Assembly: GCA_950097015.1 (NCBI GenBank)
Contig: CATNEN010000039.1
Span: 3,782,001-3,846,000, forward strand
Reading direction: 5' to 3'
DNA from: Macrostomum hystrix
Lineage: Eukaryota; Animalia; Platyhelminthes
Length of the DNA: 64,000 bases
Part shown: piece by piece, positions 12,973 to 24,159 of the stretch
Layout: the number at the start of each line of letters is the position of its first letter
How positions within the stretch are numbered: the first letter of the stretch is position 1
Made by a program: the position numbers and the translations under genes
The notes under the pieces: model-generated
What the model was told of the DNA's origin: nothing
The model's input: only the letters and a program-made list of their open reading frames with translations
The model's database searches: none

Positions 12973-12995
12973 GAGCTTGTCCCGACTGCGAAAGG
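12863..12995 (+). CDS. Gene 1 putative exon (Ala-rich linker, NFPAVNEPAADST...ACPDCER)
   Basis: Acceptor TACATTTCAG ends 12862; phase-2 entry fits the RIIa exon; open frame; donor GTAAAT at 12996 (phase 0). Confidence 0.65.
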
Positions 12996-13476
12996 GTAAA
13001 TGTCTAAACCTGATGATACAAGCAAGTTAATTTGCAGTGCAAAAATGCAGGCAATCGGTTTATTGCACATCAGCATATTGCACGTAAGCGCGCTCATGAT
13101 GAATTTAATTGCACTACCGGGGCTCGACCGTGAACATGTTAACACTTCAAAGCCCAGTTGAATTGCCAAAGACAGCTGGCTGGAAGCCTTCATATTGCTT
13201 GGGAATGCTTGGATGCGCAGGGGATAACTGTTGTCAGACCAGACGAATTGGCATGGACAGAATATTATAGACACCGAGAATTTCTGCCAGACAGATAGGC
13301 TTCCTGCGTGTTAGGCAGTGAATTAAACGGGCTTGTACACTCTTTGCATCGCCGAGGAGGCGGGGGAGACAGCCAGGCCGACGTTTTCTCAATGCCCTGG
13401 ACATTGCCAAAAATTAGGACGGAGACTCTTCGGTTCAGAAGTCGCTGAACCGGAGTGAGTGTGGGTTGCGTGCCAG

Positions 13477-13497
13477 GTCTGCGCAGCATCTGTTAGA

Positions 13498-13532
<35 letters not shown>

Positions 13533-13578
13533 GCCGGACAGCGGAACTGGTAGGAAGCAGAGAGGAAGGAAGCTGCAA
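13477..13578 (+). CDS. Gene 1 putative exon (VCAASVR-polyA-PDSGTGRKQRGRKLQ)
   Basis: Acceptor TGCCAG ends 13476; phase 0/0; donor GTATCG at 13579 is weak, so boundaries are uncertain. Confidence 0.45.
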
Positions 13579-14171
13579 GTATCGTCCGCGCCCTTCCCAA
13601 TCACAACATCCCCTGCTGGGTGGGCCCGAGCCTCCCTACACTTCTGCCCCCTTCTTCTATATTCAGCTTAACTCGCCCTCTGTCGCGCACCTTGGCGCGC
13701 GCCTTACTTACCTGGCAATAGTTTCTGGGAAGCCGAGGTTGGTTAGTTCAGAAGCCAATCCTGCTGCCCACCTTCTTTGCCGGCCGTGTTCGAAGCCCGC
13801 CAGACATTATCTGGGCCAGACGCGGCTTGTCTTATAGGCTGGCCTTAATATTGCGCTCGTTTAATAGTAATAAGAGCGGCACTAAAGCCGGGATTCACTT
13901 ACCCAGAGCCTGCCGAGTGCTCCCACCCAGGTTCGCTGTCCACTGGCGGGCCACTGATCAACTCAGCTGATTAAAAACTTCTCCTACCTCCAAGCGCATC
14001 ATCGCAGACGATAAATTGTTATTGATTCATTCCGTCAGTCGGTTATTAACCGTCATCGAATCCCAACCTCAACACCAAGTCTGGTTGCTCACTTCAAGTC
14101 AGGCACAAAGGATTCTTACCTGTTTGCAGCAAGTCTTTCTTCTTTAAAGATTTATTGAACTTCGGTGCGGC

Positions 14172-17100
14172 ATGCAGTCATTCTTCAAAGGCATCGGCAG
14201 CTTTTTCGGCATTCGTCGATCAGCCTCGCAGCAGAATCAGCACAGACTATCGCAGCGGCAGCAGGGGCAGCAGGGGCAGCCAGTTGCGCAGCCGCAGGCC
14301 GGCGGATCGGGTGTGTCAAATTCAGACCCGCCGGTGCAACTGCGCCGGAAGCGGCGGGCAAGCGGAAATGATGAGCTGGGCGCTGGCGACAGTTCAGGAA
14401 TTAGAGCCAGCTCCTCCGCACCCGAGCTTCTGGAAGCCCCGGCGGAGGAGGACGCGGCAACTTTGCGCCAATCAACACTGGAGCAGATGGACCAGTCAGC
14501 GCTGCCGGAGCAGCATGTAGAAGATGATTCAGACGACGAAGGAACAGTCGGCAGACGGAGTGTCAGCAGTGAGTCGGATTCCTTAGATGTACTTCCGGAA
14601 AGCTCTATGAGCAGCCTTATTGACGCAGCCGATTTGCTGGTTGGTCGCAGCGATCGCTTTGACACGCTAAAGTTTGTCGAGGAATGCAGCATCGGCTCGG
14701 AGTTGGATCGCGACTGCCAAGAAGTTGGCGGCCTTGATCAGCTGCCCGATTCGCTGGATCTGCGCAATATGGATAGCGCCATGTCGCCTCCTGGCGGCGA
14801 AGAGCAGTCCTACAGATCACTAGACCGCATATTCGACGAAGTGGTTGTCGACCTTCGGCCTCCGGGGAAGCCGAGAAAGAAGGCCGGGCCAGCGAATCGC
14901 CTGCAGGTGCCGAGTAGTCGCCTCCTCGACAGCCGACTGGGCAGCGGCAGTAGCAGGCAGCTGCAGCTGGCAAGCAGTCCGAAACTTGCTCATTTGAGGC
15001 CGTCCAGTCCCAAGATTCCAGCTGCCGGAAGTCGTCCCAACGTCAGGGGCCTCATCACTAAAGATGCTAGTCTAAAGAAGAGGCTCAAGCGAGACCTATT
15101 TGACGATGAATCAAAGTACGCAATCGACTTTCAGGCGGAAGGGGCTGCATCGTCACCGTCCAAGATGGTCGTGTGCCAGCCAGACGCTAGACAATATACC
15201 AATAACCCTGATAAGGCTGCAGCAAAGCCCATGAAAGCAGCTACAAATCCGCAGGTAGAGTCTCCCGCACCTGAACTCCTGCGTGTATCCGGCAACACAC
15301 CTGAAAAGCTGTTGGATGAAGTTCGTGGCGATGCTTTTAAAGCTCCCAGCAGTGAAGGAGCTACCAGACCTTTATTATTTCCTAAAGCACACGAAGCAGA
15401 GGCTTCCAAAACTTCTGTGGCACCTGACCAGACACCGCATTCCTGTCTAGCAAAGCCCACAGAAGAGGAAAATGTAGTTTCTCGTGCTGGTGTTGCTGCT
15501 GAACATTCGTCGGAGGAGACAAGTGCAGTGTCTCTGGGCAGTCTGGGTTTGTCTGAGCAGTTTACTGATCCTGCGGAAAAGAAGCCATGCTCCAATGCAG
15601 CCCGACCAGATGCCGCTCCCAAAAACCCCGATGCTGCTGAAGCCATGTCTCTCATTTCGTCGGAGGACGAATTCGAAATGGTGAGCCCTCTTGAAGTGGA
15701 CCCAGTTGCTGATGGCGAAGCGACAGATACAGAGACCAACGATTTACCCGCGCTTTCTCATAGTGACGAAGTTTGTGTGCCATCAGAAGACGATCCCGTA
15801 GGTCCTGAGGCAGCCGATAACCGTACTCATTCAACGACATCTTCAGGCGCCTTAGGCGATGAAAGTAGTCACATTCCTACGGAAGAACACAATGTACAGT
15901 CCGATTCTTCAACCGATTGTACTGAGAGAGAAAAAAGTCTTTCCGGGTTAAGGGTTGCAATTCAAGCAAGCAATTTTCTTCCGATATCGCATAATGACAG
16001 TGCGGGATCTAATCAGCAGGTTGACCTGGACAGCTCAGACTTGCATCAGGACAGAGACAATGCTGAACAAGAGCTTCCAAATGCAGACGAGAGTACTCAA
16101 CTCGAATCGCCTGCAGCAGATGACAACACAAAACTGGAACTGCCTGCAGCTGGTGACAACACAAAACTGGAATTGCCTGCAGCTGATGACAACACAAAAC
16201 TGGAACTGCCTGCAGCTGGTGACAACACAAAACTCGAATTGCCTGCAGCTGATGACAACACAAAACTGGAACTGCCTGCTGCTGATGACAACACAAAACT
16301 GGAATTGCCTGCAGCTGATGACAACACAAAACTGGAACTGCCTGCAGCTGATGACAACACAAAACTGGAATTGCCTGCAGCTGATGACAACACAAAACTG
16401 GAACTGCCTGCAGCTGATGACAACACAAAACTGGAACTGCCTGCAGCTGATGACAACACAAAACTGGAACTGCCTGCAGCTGATGACAACACAAAACTGG
16501 AATTGCCTGCAGCTGATGACAACACAAAACTGGAACTGCCTGCAGCTGATGACAACACAAAACTGGAATTGCCTGCAGCTGATGACAACACAAAACTGGA
16601 ACTGCCTGCAGCTGGTGACAACACAAAACTGGAACTGCCTGCAGCTGATGACAACACAAAACTGGAACTGCCTGCAGCTGATGACAACACAAAACTGGAA
16701 CTGCCTGCAGCTGATGACAACACAAAACTGGAACTGCCTGCAGCTGATGACAACACAAAACTGGAACTGCCTGCAGCTGGTGACAACACAAAACTGGAAC
16801 TGCCTGCAGCTGATGACAACACAAAACTGGAACTGCCTGCAGCTGATGACAACACAAAACTGGAACTGCCTGCAGCTGGTGACAACACAAAACTGGAACT
16901 GCCTGCAGCTGGTGACAACACAAAACTGGAATTGCCTGCAGCTGATGATAGGGCTCAATCACAAAAGCCAGCAGCGGATGACAGCGCTCAATCAAAACAG
17001 TCTGAAGAACTGCGTGGTGCCGATGAGCCGCAGCAGCAAAGTCATGAAGCAGAATCTGAAGCAGAGCCACAGCCTGAAGCAGAGCCACAGCCTAAATCTG

Positions 17101-18929
17101 AGCCACAGCCTGAATCTGAGCCACAGCCTGAAGCAGAGCCACAACCTGAAGCTGAGCCTGAAGCTGAGCCTGAAGCTGAGCCTGAAGCTGAGCCTGAAGC
17201 TGAGCCTGAAGCTGAGCCTGCAGCTGAGACTGAAGCTGAGCCTGAAACCGAGGCACAACCTGATTCTGAGCCACAGCCTGAAGCAGAGCTACAGCCTGAA
17301 GCAGAGCCACAGCCTGAAGCTGAGCCACAGCCTGAAGCAGAGACACAGCCTGAAGCAGAACCACAGCATGAAGCAGAGCCACAGCCTGAAGCAGAGCCAC
17401 AGCCTGAAGCAGAGCCACAGCCTGAAGCAGAGCCACAGCCTGAAGCAGAGCCACAGCCTGAAGCAGAGCCACAGCCTGAAGCAGAGCCACAGCCTGAAGC
17501 AGAGCCACAGCCTGAAGCAGAGTCACAGCCTGAAGCAGAGCCACAGCCTGAAGCAGAGCTACAGCCTGAAGCAGAGCCACAGCCTGAAGCAGAGCCACAG
17601 CCTGAAGCAGAGCCACAGCCTGAAGCAGAGACACAGCCTAAAGTAGAGCCACAGCCTGAATCTCAGCCACATCCTGAAGCTGAGTCACTGCTTGGAGCTG
17701 AGCCACAGTCTGACTTTAAGCCCGAAGCTGACTCACAGCCTGAAGCTGAGCCACAACCTGAATCTGAGCCACAGCCTGAATCTCAGCCACATCCTGAAGC
17801 TGAGCCACAACCTGAATCTGAGCCACAGCCTGAAGCAGAGCAACAGTCTGAAGATAAGCCACAGCCTAAAGATAAGCCACAGCCTGAAGCTGAGCCACAG
17901 CCTGAAGCAGAGCTTCAGCCTGAAGCTGAGCTACAGCCTGAAGCTGAGCCACAGCCTGAAGCAGAGCTACAGCCTGAAGCAGAGCCACAGCCTGAAGCAG
18001 AGCCACAGCCTGAAGCAGAGCCACAGCCTGAAGCAGAGCCACAGCCTGAAGCAGAGCCACAGCCTGAAGCAGAGCCACAGCCTGAAGCAGAGACACAGCC
18101 TAAAGTAGAGCCACAGCCTGAATCTCAGCCACATCCTGAAGCTGAGTCACAGCCTGAAGCAGAGCCTGAAGCTGGGCCACTGCTTGGAGCTGAGCCACAG
18201 TCTGACTTTAAGCCCGAAGCTGACTCACAGCCTGAAGCTGAGCCACAACCTGAATCTGAGCCACAGCCTGAAGCAGAGCAACAGTCTGAAGATAAGCCAC
18301 AGCCTAAAGATAAGCCACAGCCTGAAGCTGAGCCACAGCCTGAAGCAGAGCTTCAGCCTGAAGCTGAGCTACAGCCTGAAGCTGAGCCACAGCCTGAAGC
18401 AGAGCTACAGCCTGAAGCAGAGCTACAGCCTGAAGCAGAGCCACAGCCTGAAGCTGAGCTACAGCCTGAGGCTAGCTCAGGTCTGATCGATACCTCGGTA
18501 GACCCACACTGCTGTCAGAGAAATGATGAAGCAAATGAAATATACGGCGCAACAATCGGGCACAAAACGGCTGACAGTTTGGCTGACGGCTCGTCTGCGC
18601 TCGGCGATGAAAGCTTTCCAGTAGGGCAAGACGAATCTGGCGTTGCTGCACAGAAGGCTGAAAAAATCCACTTGATGGAAAGTGCACGCGGCACAGATGG
18701 GATGGACGCGGCGCTCCCAGAGGCCCGCGTTAGATCCAACGCAGGCAATGAGGTGGTCGGGGGCACTTCCACTTACAGCAAGTCGCATGGAGACAACATT
18801 CCACTGTCGGCAGGAAGCTCAGCTGAATTGGCGTTGCAGTCTGCCTCGAGAACTCCTCTAGACGACACGGATTTGCCCACTAAGAACGATGCCTGTCCGA
18901 CAGCCTCAGGTCTCCCCGGAAACCAATCG
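14172..18929 (+). CDS. Gene 1 giant alternative first coding exon (1586 codons; acidic, disordered, repeat-rich)
   Basis: Uninterrupted ORF 14172-19019 with ~640 aa of non-repeat sequence before the repeats; consensus donor CG|GTAAGT at 18930 is phase 0, matching the IQ exon at 23273. Confidence 0.8.
16100..16948 (+). repeat. Coding 33-bp tandem repeat ([11 protein letters not shown]) x ~26
   Basis: In-frame within the giant exon; variants include synonymous CTG/TTG and D/G changes. Confidence 0.95.
17046..18470 (+). repeat. Coding 18-bp tandem repeat (EAEPQP) with a larger internal duplication
   Basis: In-frame; block [20 protein letters not shown]...[17 protein letters not shown]...[12 protein letters not shown] occurs twice (from about 17630 and 18090). 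Confidence 0.92.
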
Positions 18930-19578
18930 GTAAGTGTCGCTTCACCCTCAAGCAGTCTTTCGCATTTTCTGTCTGGGTGCAAGGGACATTTTCAACTTAT
19001 TTTACCAAAGCCCTTGTAAAGTGAAAGCTAAAAAAATACACGCACAATGTTTGCTGCTGACTTCGGTTCCTAAGGGCCTTCTAGATTACTGTCTTGGGTT
19101 ACTGCCGTTTAGTACCAACGGTCTGGGTGTGTACGAAAGGCAATAAGAAAAACCATTTAGTCAGTACTGTATCTTCGAGCACAAGAAGGTGCATTGTATA
19201 TATATTCATCCTGTCTGACATTTTCTAGTCAAATATTTCAGCCCCACAATAGCCCTATTGTAAAAACGCTTAAAGTACTTTGAATAGAAGCATGGCTTCT
19301 ATAGCTACTATTGTTTGGTGGTAAGGTTATGACGTTACCCTGCACGCAGATACTATCTGTGCCCTGAACTAAAGTACCTGAGGAAGTAATTACCCGTTCA
19401 CTGGAGTGCCTGAGGAAGTAAATTACCGATGCACTGAATTACCTGAGGAAGTATTTACCGATGCATTGAAGTACCTGAGAAAGTAAATCACCGATGTGCT
19501 TAACTACTGGAATGAAATATTTTGTCAATGCACCGGGGCTAAAGACGAGACAAGGAGACATGAATCACTGTAAAGTAC

Positions 19579-20292
19579 TGTAGTATCCCTAGTTTCCGAC
19601 CCTTTAGCGCTGAGGCCGTGTATGGTACTATAAGTACTATATACGGGTCCTTGCTGACCTGCGCGGGGCACGAGGGCTCACAATTTCCCGGAGTCGGGGC
19701 GTCAGGACGCTCCCACACAGTCACGACCCGCGTCGGGACGCAAGGGCGTAGGCTGCCTTCGGCGAGGCATTGGGACGCGCAGGCTGGCTTAACTAATAGG
19801 TCTACGGTAATCCCCTACCAATTCGGCGTCAGGACACACGGACCCTTGCCGGTGATGACGGATTGGCTGACTCTTATATTAGATCTTATGGTTACAATTC
19901 TCTTAACTCAGGCAGGCGTATAGGAGAGTGCAGATAATAGAAAATTGTTGTTTTGTGGCGAGCAGCGGCGCCAGCGCGGGTAGTCGGGCCTGGGGTCTGT
20001 GACACTGCGCCTAAATAGGCCACAGCGCACAGGCCGACTCAAGCCCCTCCAACCCCACCACCCCAAAGCCGCCTGCCCACGGCGCGCCCTACCCCCCTCC
20101 CAACTAATCGCCCCCGCGAGAGCACAAAGAGGGGTGACACAGACGGTGGCCGCAGCCAATCAGATAAAGTGGAGGAGAGAAAGTGCGACTAAGCGAGACA
20201 AAAGCAATAACAAGGGTGAGCTAAACGGGCAGGTGCACTGCACCGCAAAGTCAAAGTACAGCAACACACGAGTACGAGCGTACAGCACAACA
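19579..20292. mobile_element. Probable solo LTR (714 bp)
   Basis: GC-rich island bounded by TGTAGT...ACAACA (TG..CA, 5/6 inverted match); GTAC duplicated at 19575-19578 and 20293-20296; no internal pol sequence. Confidence 0.6.
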
Positions 20293-21835
20293 GTACCAAA
20301 CAGTAGAGAAATTCCACCTAGTCATGCAGAAATTAAAAACCATTAATGAAATAGTCTGAATTAAAACATCGACTCTAGGCTAACATAACATCTAGGACTG
20401 TTTCACACTATTCGAACAGTTGTTCTGCTGTCTGTTATTTAGTTAAATGTATCGTAAATGCTATCATTTATGCATTTGTTAAGCAACAAACTAATACTGG
20501 GCTTGCACAAAGGCTGGCGTTAATTGCTGACTGACATAAGCAAATCGCAGCGTCTCCTCTAGCGAACCAATCTGTAGCAATCTTGTCTTCACTTGCCTGT
20601 TGTGGATGATGTTACGAGCGTATACTGCTATATGCACACAAGCTGTAAATGCAGATAGATTAGGCCAAACAACTTTACCGAAAAATGCGAAATACACAAT
20701 ACGTATGTACACTTGTGTGTACACTATACATGCGCGATCTACGAGTAGTTATATACATGTTTATGTAAAAAATGTTTGACTGTGCTACTGCTGTACGAGC
20801 CATGCAACTAATTAGCCGTTTCTCGCAACTAATGTTCTCACCAAAATCCACTAGCTAAAAAGGTTTCTTAGCACTAAGCAACAACAGGAAGGCGGAGTTG
20901 GAAAACAGAAAGCAAACACCTGGTGCAAAGTGTGGCTTGTGTTGTGAAATTGTATGGCCTCTCTGGCCTCTGGATCATGTCTGGGTTTATCTATCATAAG
21001 ATTGTTCAGCCTGGGTCCGCCTGTATATCAGTGTTTTATACGAGTATTTATTTTATCAATTAATATTGTGCTTTTTTCATTAGGTCTTTCGATTCCAAAA
21101 CTATTAGTTTTAATTTATTTTATTAGCTTGGGTTTGGACTCGCTCGGTTGGCCGAGTCAATCAGGATTCAGGAAAGAAGAACAAACACAAACAATCGACT
21201 AGCTTGGGGTGGGCTGTTTTGAACTTTCCTTCTAATGATAAAAATAACGTTTTGTAAAAAGTCTTGGCTAGGATAGGCTCTATGTTGATTTTGTAGAATG
21301 TACATTCTTCTAAAAACTTCATTGGGCAGCCGTCTGAGATTTCTCCGCTATTCTAGCTAAAGCTATAGTGGGCCAGAGCAGTGCACGTGGCTGAATGTAC
21401 ATTGCTCTAATAAAGCTTGTCGGGGGAGAGGGGGGTGGTGGGTGACATGAGGGGTAAGGGGGTAGAACTTAGAGGGCCCTTTTTCGGCTTTTATACACCC
21501 TAAACAAGAAAGCTTATTCTGTAGCGGCCTGCATGTGTGCACAAGACCAAAACGGAAGAGCTTACTAAATACCGCATGAAACCAAATTCATTCACTTCAT
21601 TCACTGCCTTCCACTAAAACAAGCTTCGGCAAAAGATTGCAGAGATTTAAATTGCGACCACCCCAACCCTCCACGAACTTGGTTTCATAAATCTCGCCAA
21701 CTTTTAAAGCAGCGAGTCTCTTGCTTGTTACTTCAGCGTTGACAGTTGCAAGCGACGGAAGCAATTAAGGGCGTAAACACGCAACGCATTATTATTATCC
21801 AAGTGTGCCAAGTCTGATTACACTACCCAGTCACC

Positions 21836-22579
21836 ATGCTTGGCTGCTTCGGACAGCGTAAGAAGAAAGCAAAATCTAGCGGCAAGCAGCCGATTGAAAA
21901 GGCACAGAAGGATGCCAACGATGACCCGCCGAGGCAGCAAGCTCAGCCTCAGCCTCCTCAAAAGTCAGCTTCACTAGCCGCGGAAGCTAGCACTACAAGC
22001 AACAAACAGCAGCAGCAGCCGCAATCGAGGCAACACGAGCAGCCAAAGCCAGCTGCTGTCGGCGCTAATGCTGAAGCGCAGCCAGTGGTGGAGGTAATTA
22101 CACTGGCCAGAACGCAGAGTTTGCACCAGGAGGCGCCGCCAGCTTCTGCTGGCAGGCAGCAAAACCAGCATGGAGCTGGCGTCGGTGTGCGCAAAGCAGC
22201 CACCTTGGGCCGCTACGATTTTCTCAAGCGCTACGATAGAGACGGCGACAATGACAGATGGAGCTCTCTCAAGCGTCAGTATCTATCGCCGAAGCCAGCC
22301 AACGGCGATACTATGGATTCGCCCATGTCGCCAACAGATCAGCAGGAGCTGCTGCCATCATCGAATCCGCGTCCACCGCCGCTGCGGGTGCAAGCTCTGC
22401 CGCCGCCGAAACTGCCGCTAAGTCCCGGCTTCCTAGCCAATGCCAGAAGCCTGCCAAGGCAATTCTCGCCACCCTCAACTGTTGTATCGCCGGTGAAGTT
22501 TTCTCATTGGTTTCACGATCGCAAGACCAGGGAAGAGGAGACCAGGAAGGAGTGCCAGGATCGCGAGGAGAGGATGCAG
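21836..22579 (+). CDS. Gene 1 second alternative first coding exon (248 codons; MLGCFGQRKKKAK...)
   Basis: ATG in a good context (TCACCATG); open frame with Q/P-rich composition; donor CAG|GTGCTG at 22580 is phase 0, matching 23273. Confidence 0.65.
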
Positions 22580-23272
22580 GTGCTGTTGAGGCTGGTTGAA
22601 AACCTCCATACCCAGCTCTGGTTGTATTCACATTTTCATATTACGAGTATAAACGTTCATCTTGTCACTTGCAAGGCTAAAAACGACTTCCGTAGCAAAC
22701 TTAAGGTAGCTTGTGACGGAGAGGTCACGAGTTCGTACAAAATCAGTCCAAAAGGAACCATTTGTGTCCATGAGTAAAACACTTGATTCCCTAGTGCTTT
22801 AATTCACCCAGCTGTAAAATGGGTAGCAGCACCAGCTAGATTATAAATTGAAGTGCTTGTGACGGCTTCCCCGGTCCACGGACTGAAGCTGTACACCTGG
22901 CCTAACTGGCGTAGGTGTTTTCATCCAACTTTAGACTTCCGAAGGAAAAAACATGGCATCGATTTTGTACCCAATGAATTAAAACTTGTGCATAACTGAA
23001 CTTGTAAGTAGCTAAAACACGATGTTTAAATATTAAGTTCTTTTGTGCTCATTGTGCTCGAGCCGTAGCTAGTATAGCAGAGAATTATTCGCCTTTCAAG
23101 TACACAATTAGCGCCGTGAAACTTTGCTTGTCTCGAACGACTTCAACTGCATGCGCATTTTGTTTAGCATCGGTTTGTTAACAATGTTCGCTTATCTTAT
23201 AATGTTTATTTGATTCAATTTCCCACGGCAATTTTAATTTTGTAATAAAAATCTGAATATCTCTGAATACAG

Positions 23273-23389
23273 AAGATCATCGAAGGCCCGACCCAGCAGC
23301 AGAAGGAGGACGCGGCGGTGAAGATTCAGGCCGGTTTCAAAGGCTACAGGCAAAGACTGGCCTTTAAGGAGAAACAGGCCGAACAGAAG
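23273..23389 (+). CDS. Gene 1 shared exon with IQ motif 1
   Basis: KIIEGPTQQQKEDAAVKIQAGFKGYRQRLAFKEKQAEQK; acceptor ATACAG ends 23272; donor AAG|GTGAAC; phase 0/0. Missed by the ORF track. Confidence 0.88.
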
Positions 23390-23510
23390 GTGAACAATAT
23401 GAATTATGCTTTTTCTGTGGTCTAGACTTAGTCAACTGTTGTTAGTAGTATTAAATAAGGGCCTAGTGCTATTTTCGAAGCTATTGCTAAATTTAAAATA
23501 AACTTTTCAG

Positions 23511-23849
23511 CGGATTGAAGAGGCCAGAGAGAAAGAGAAAGCAGCTGCCGCCGCCGCCGCTGAAGCTGCTGCCGCCGCTGAAGCTGCTGCCGCCGCTGAA
23601 GCTGCTGCCGCCGCTGAAGCTGCTGCCGCCGCTGAAGCTGCTGCCGCCGCTGAAGCTGCCGCCGCCGCTGAAGCTGCCGCTGCTGCTGAAGCTGCCGCTG
23701 CCGCTGACGCAGCCATCACTTCCGGTGAAACTGGCTCCGACTCCTTGAATGTTGAATCGTCAAAGTTGATTCACCAGACAGCGACACCGGAGGTGTCTAC
23801 CACACAGCAGGATGACAGTGCGGGGATAGAGCTTGAAAAATCCGATATG
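23511..23849 (+). CDS. Gene 1 shared exon with (EAAAAA)n repeat
   Basis: Acceptor CTTTTCAG ends 23510; reads RIEEAREKEKAAAAAAAE...ELEKSDM; donor GTGAGT at 23850; 113 codons, phase 0/0. Confidence 0.88.
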
Positions 23850-24159
23850 GTGAGTTATAATTCCAAATTTCTTTTTAGTTTTATTCACTCACGGATAATC
23901 ACCCAAAATATCAATACCTCAGTGATTTCTTATTTCTTAACAGCATTATTCTAATTGAAATAAGTATATAATTTTTATTTATGTAAATATGTATATATAA
24001 TATATAAGCTTATCTAAAAATTGCAATTGAATCATAGATACAAAATTGTTAAACTTTTAAATAGATGCTCTCTACTAGTTTTAGCTAGTTAAAAATATTC
24101 ATTCTCAAACGCAAACAGAACTGATTGCTAGCCTATTGTTTCCCTAACCGTTTCAAAAG

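Noticed and set aside
15955-18486. Overlapping and antisense ORFs with Cys/Gln or Leu/Ser repeats
   Set aside because: Shadow frames of the coding repeats in the 14172 ORF.
22690-22850. CORE-SINE-like fragment (CACCCAGCTGTAAAATGGGTA), also a SINE-like head at 1-92 on the minus strand
   Set aside because: Too short and degraded to delimit or classify with confidence.
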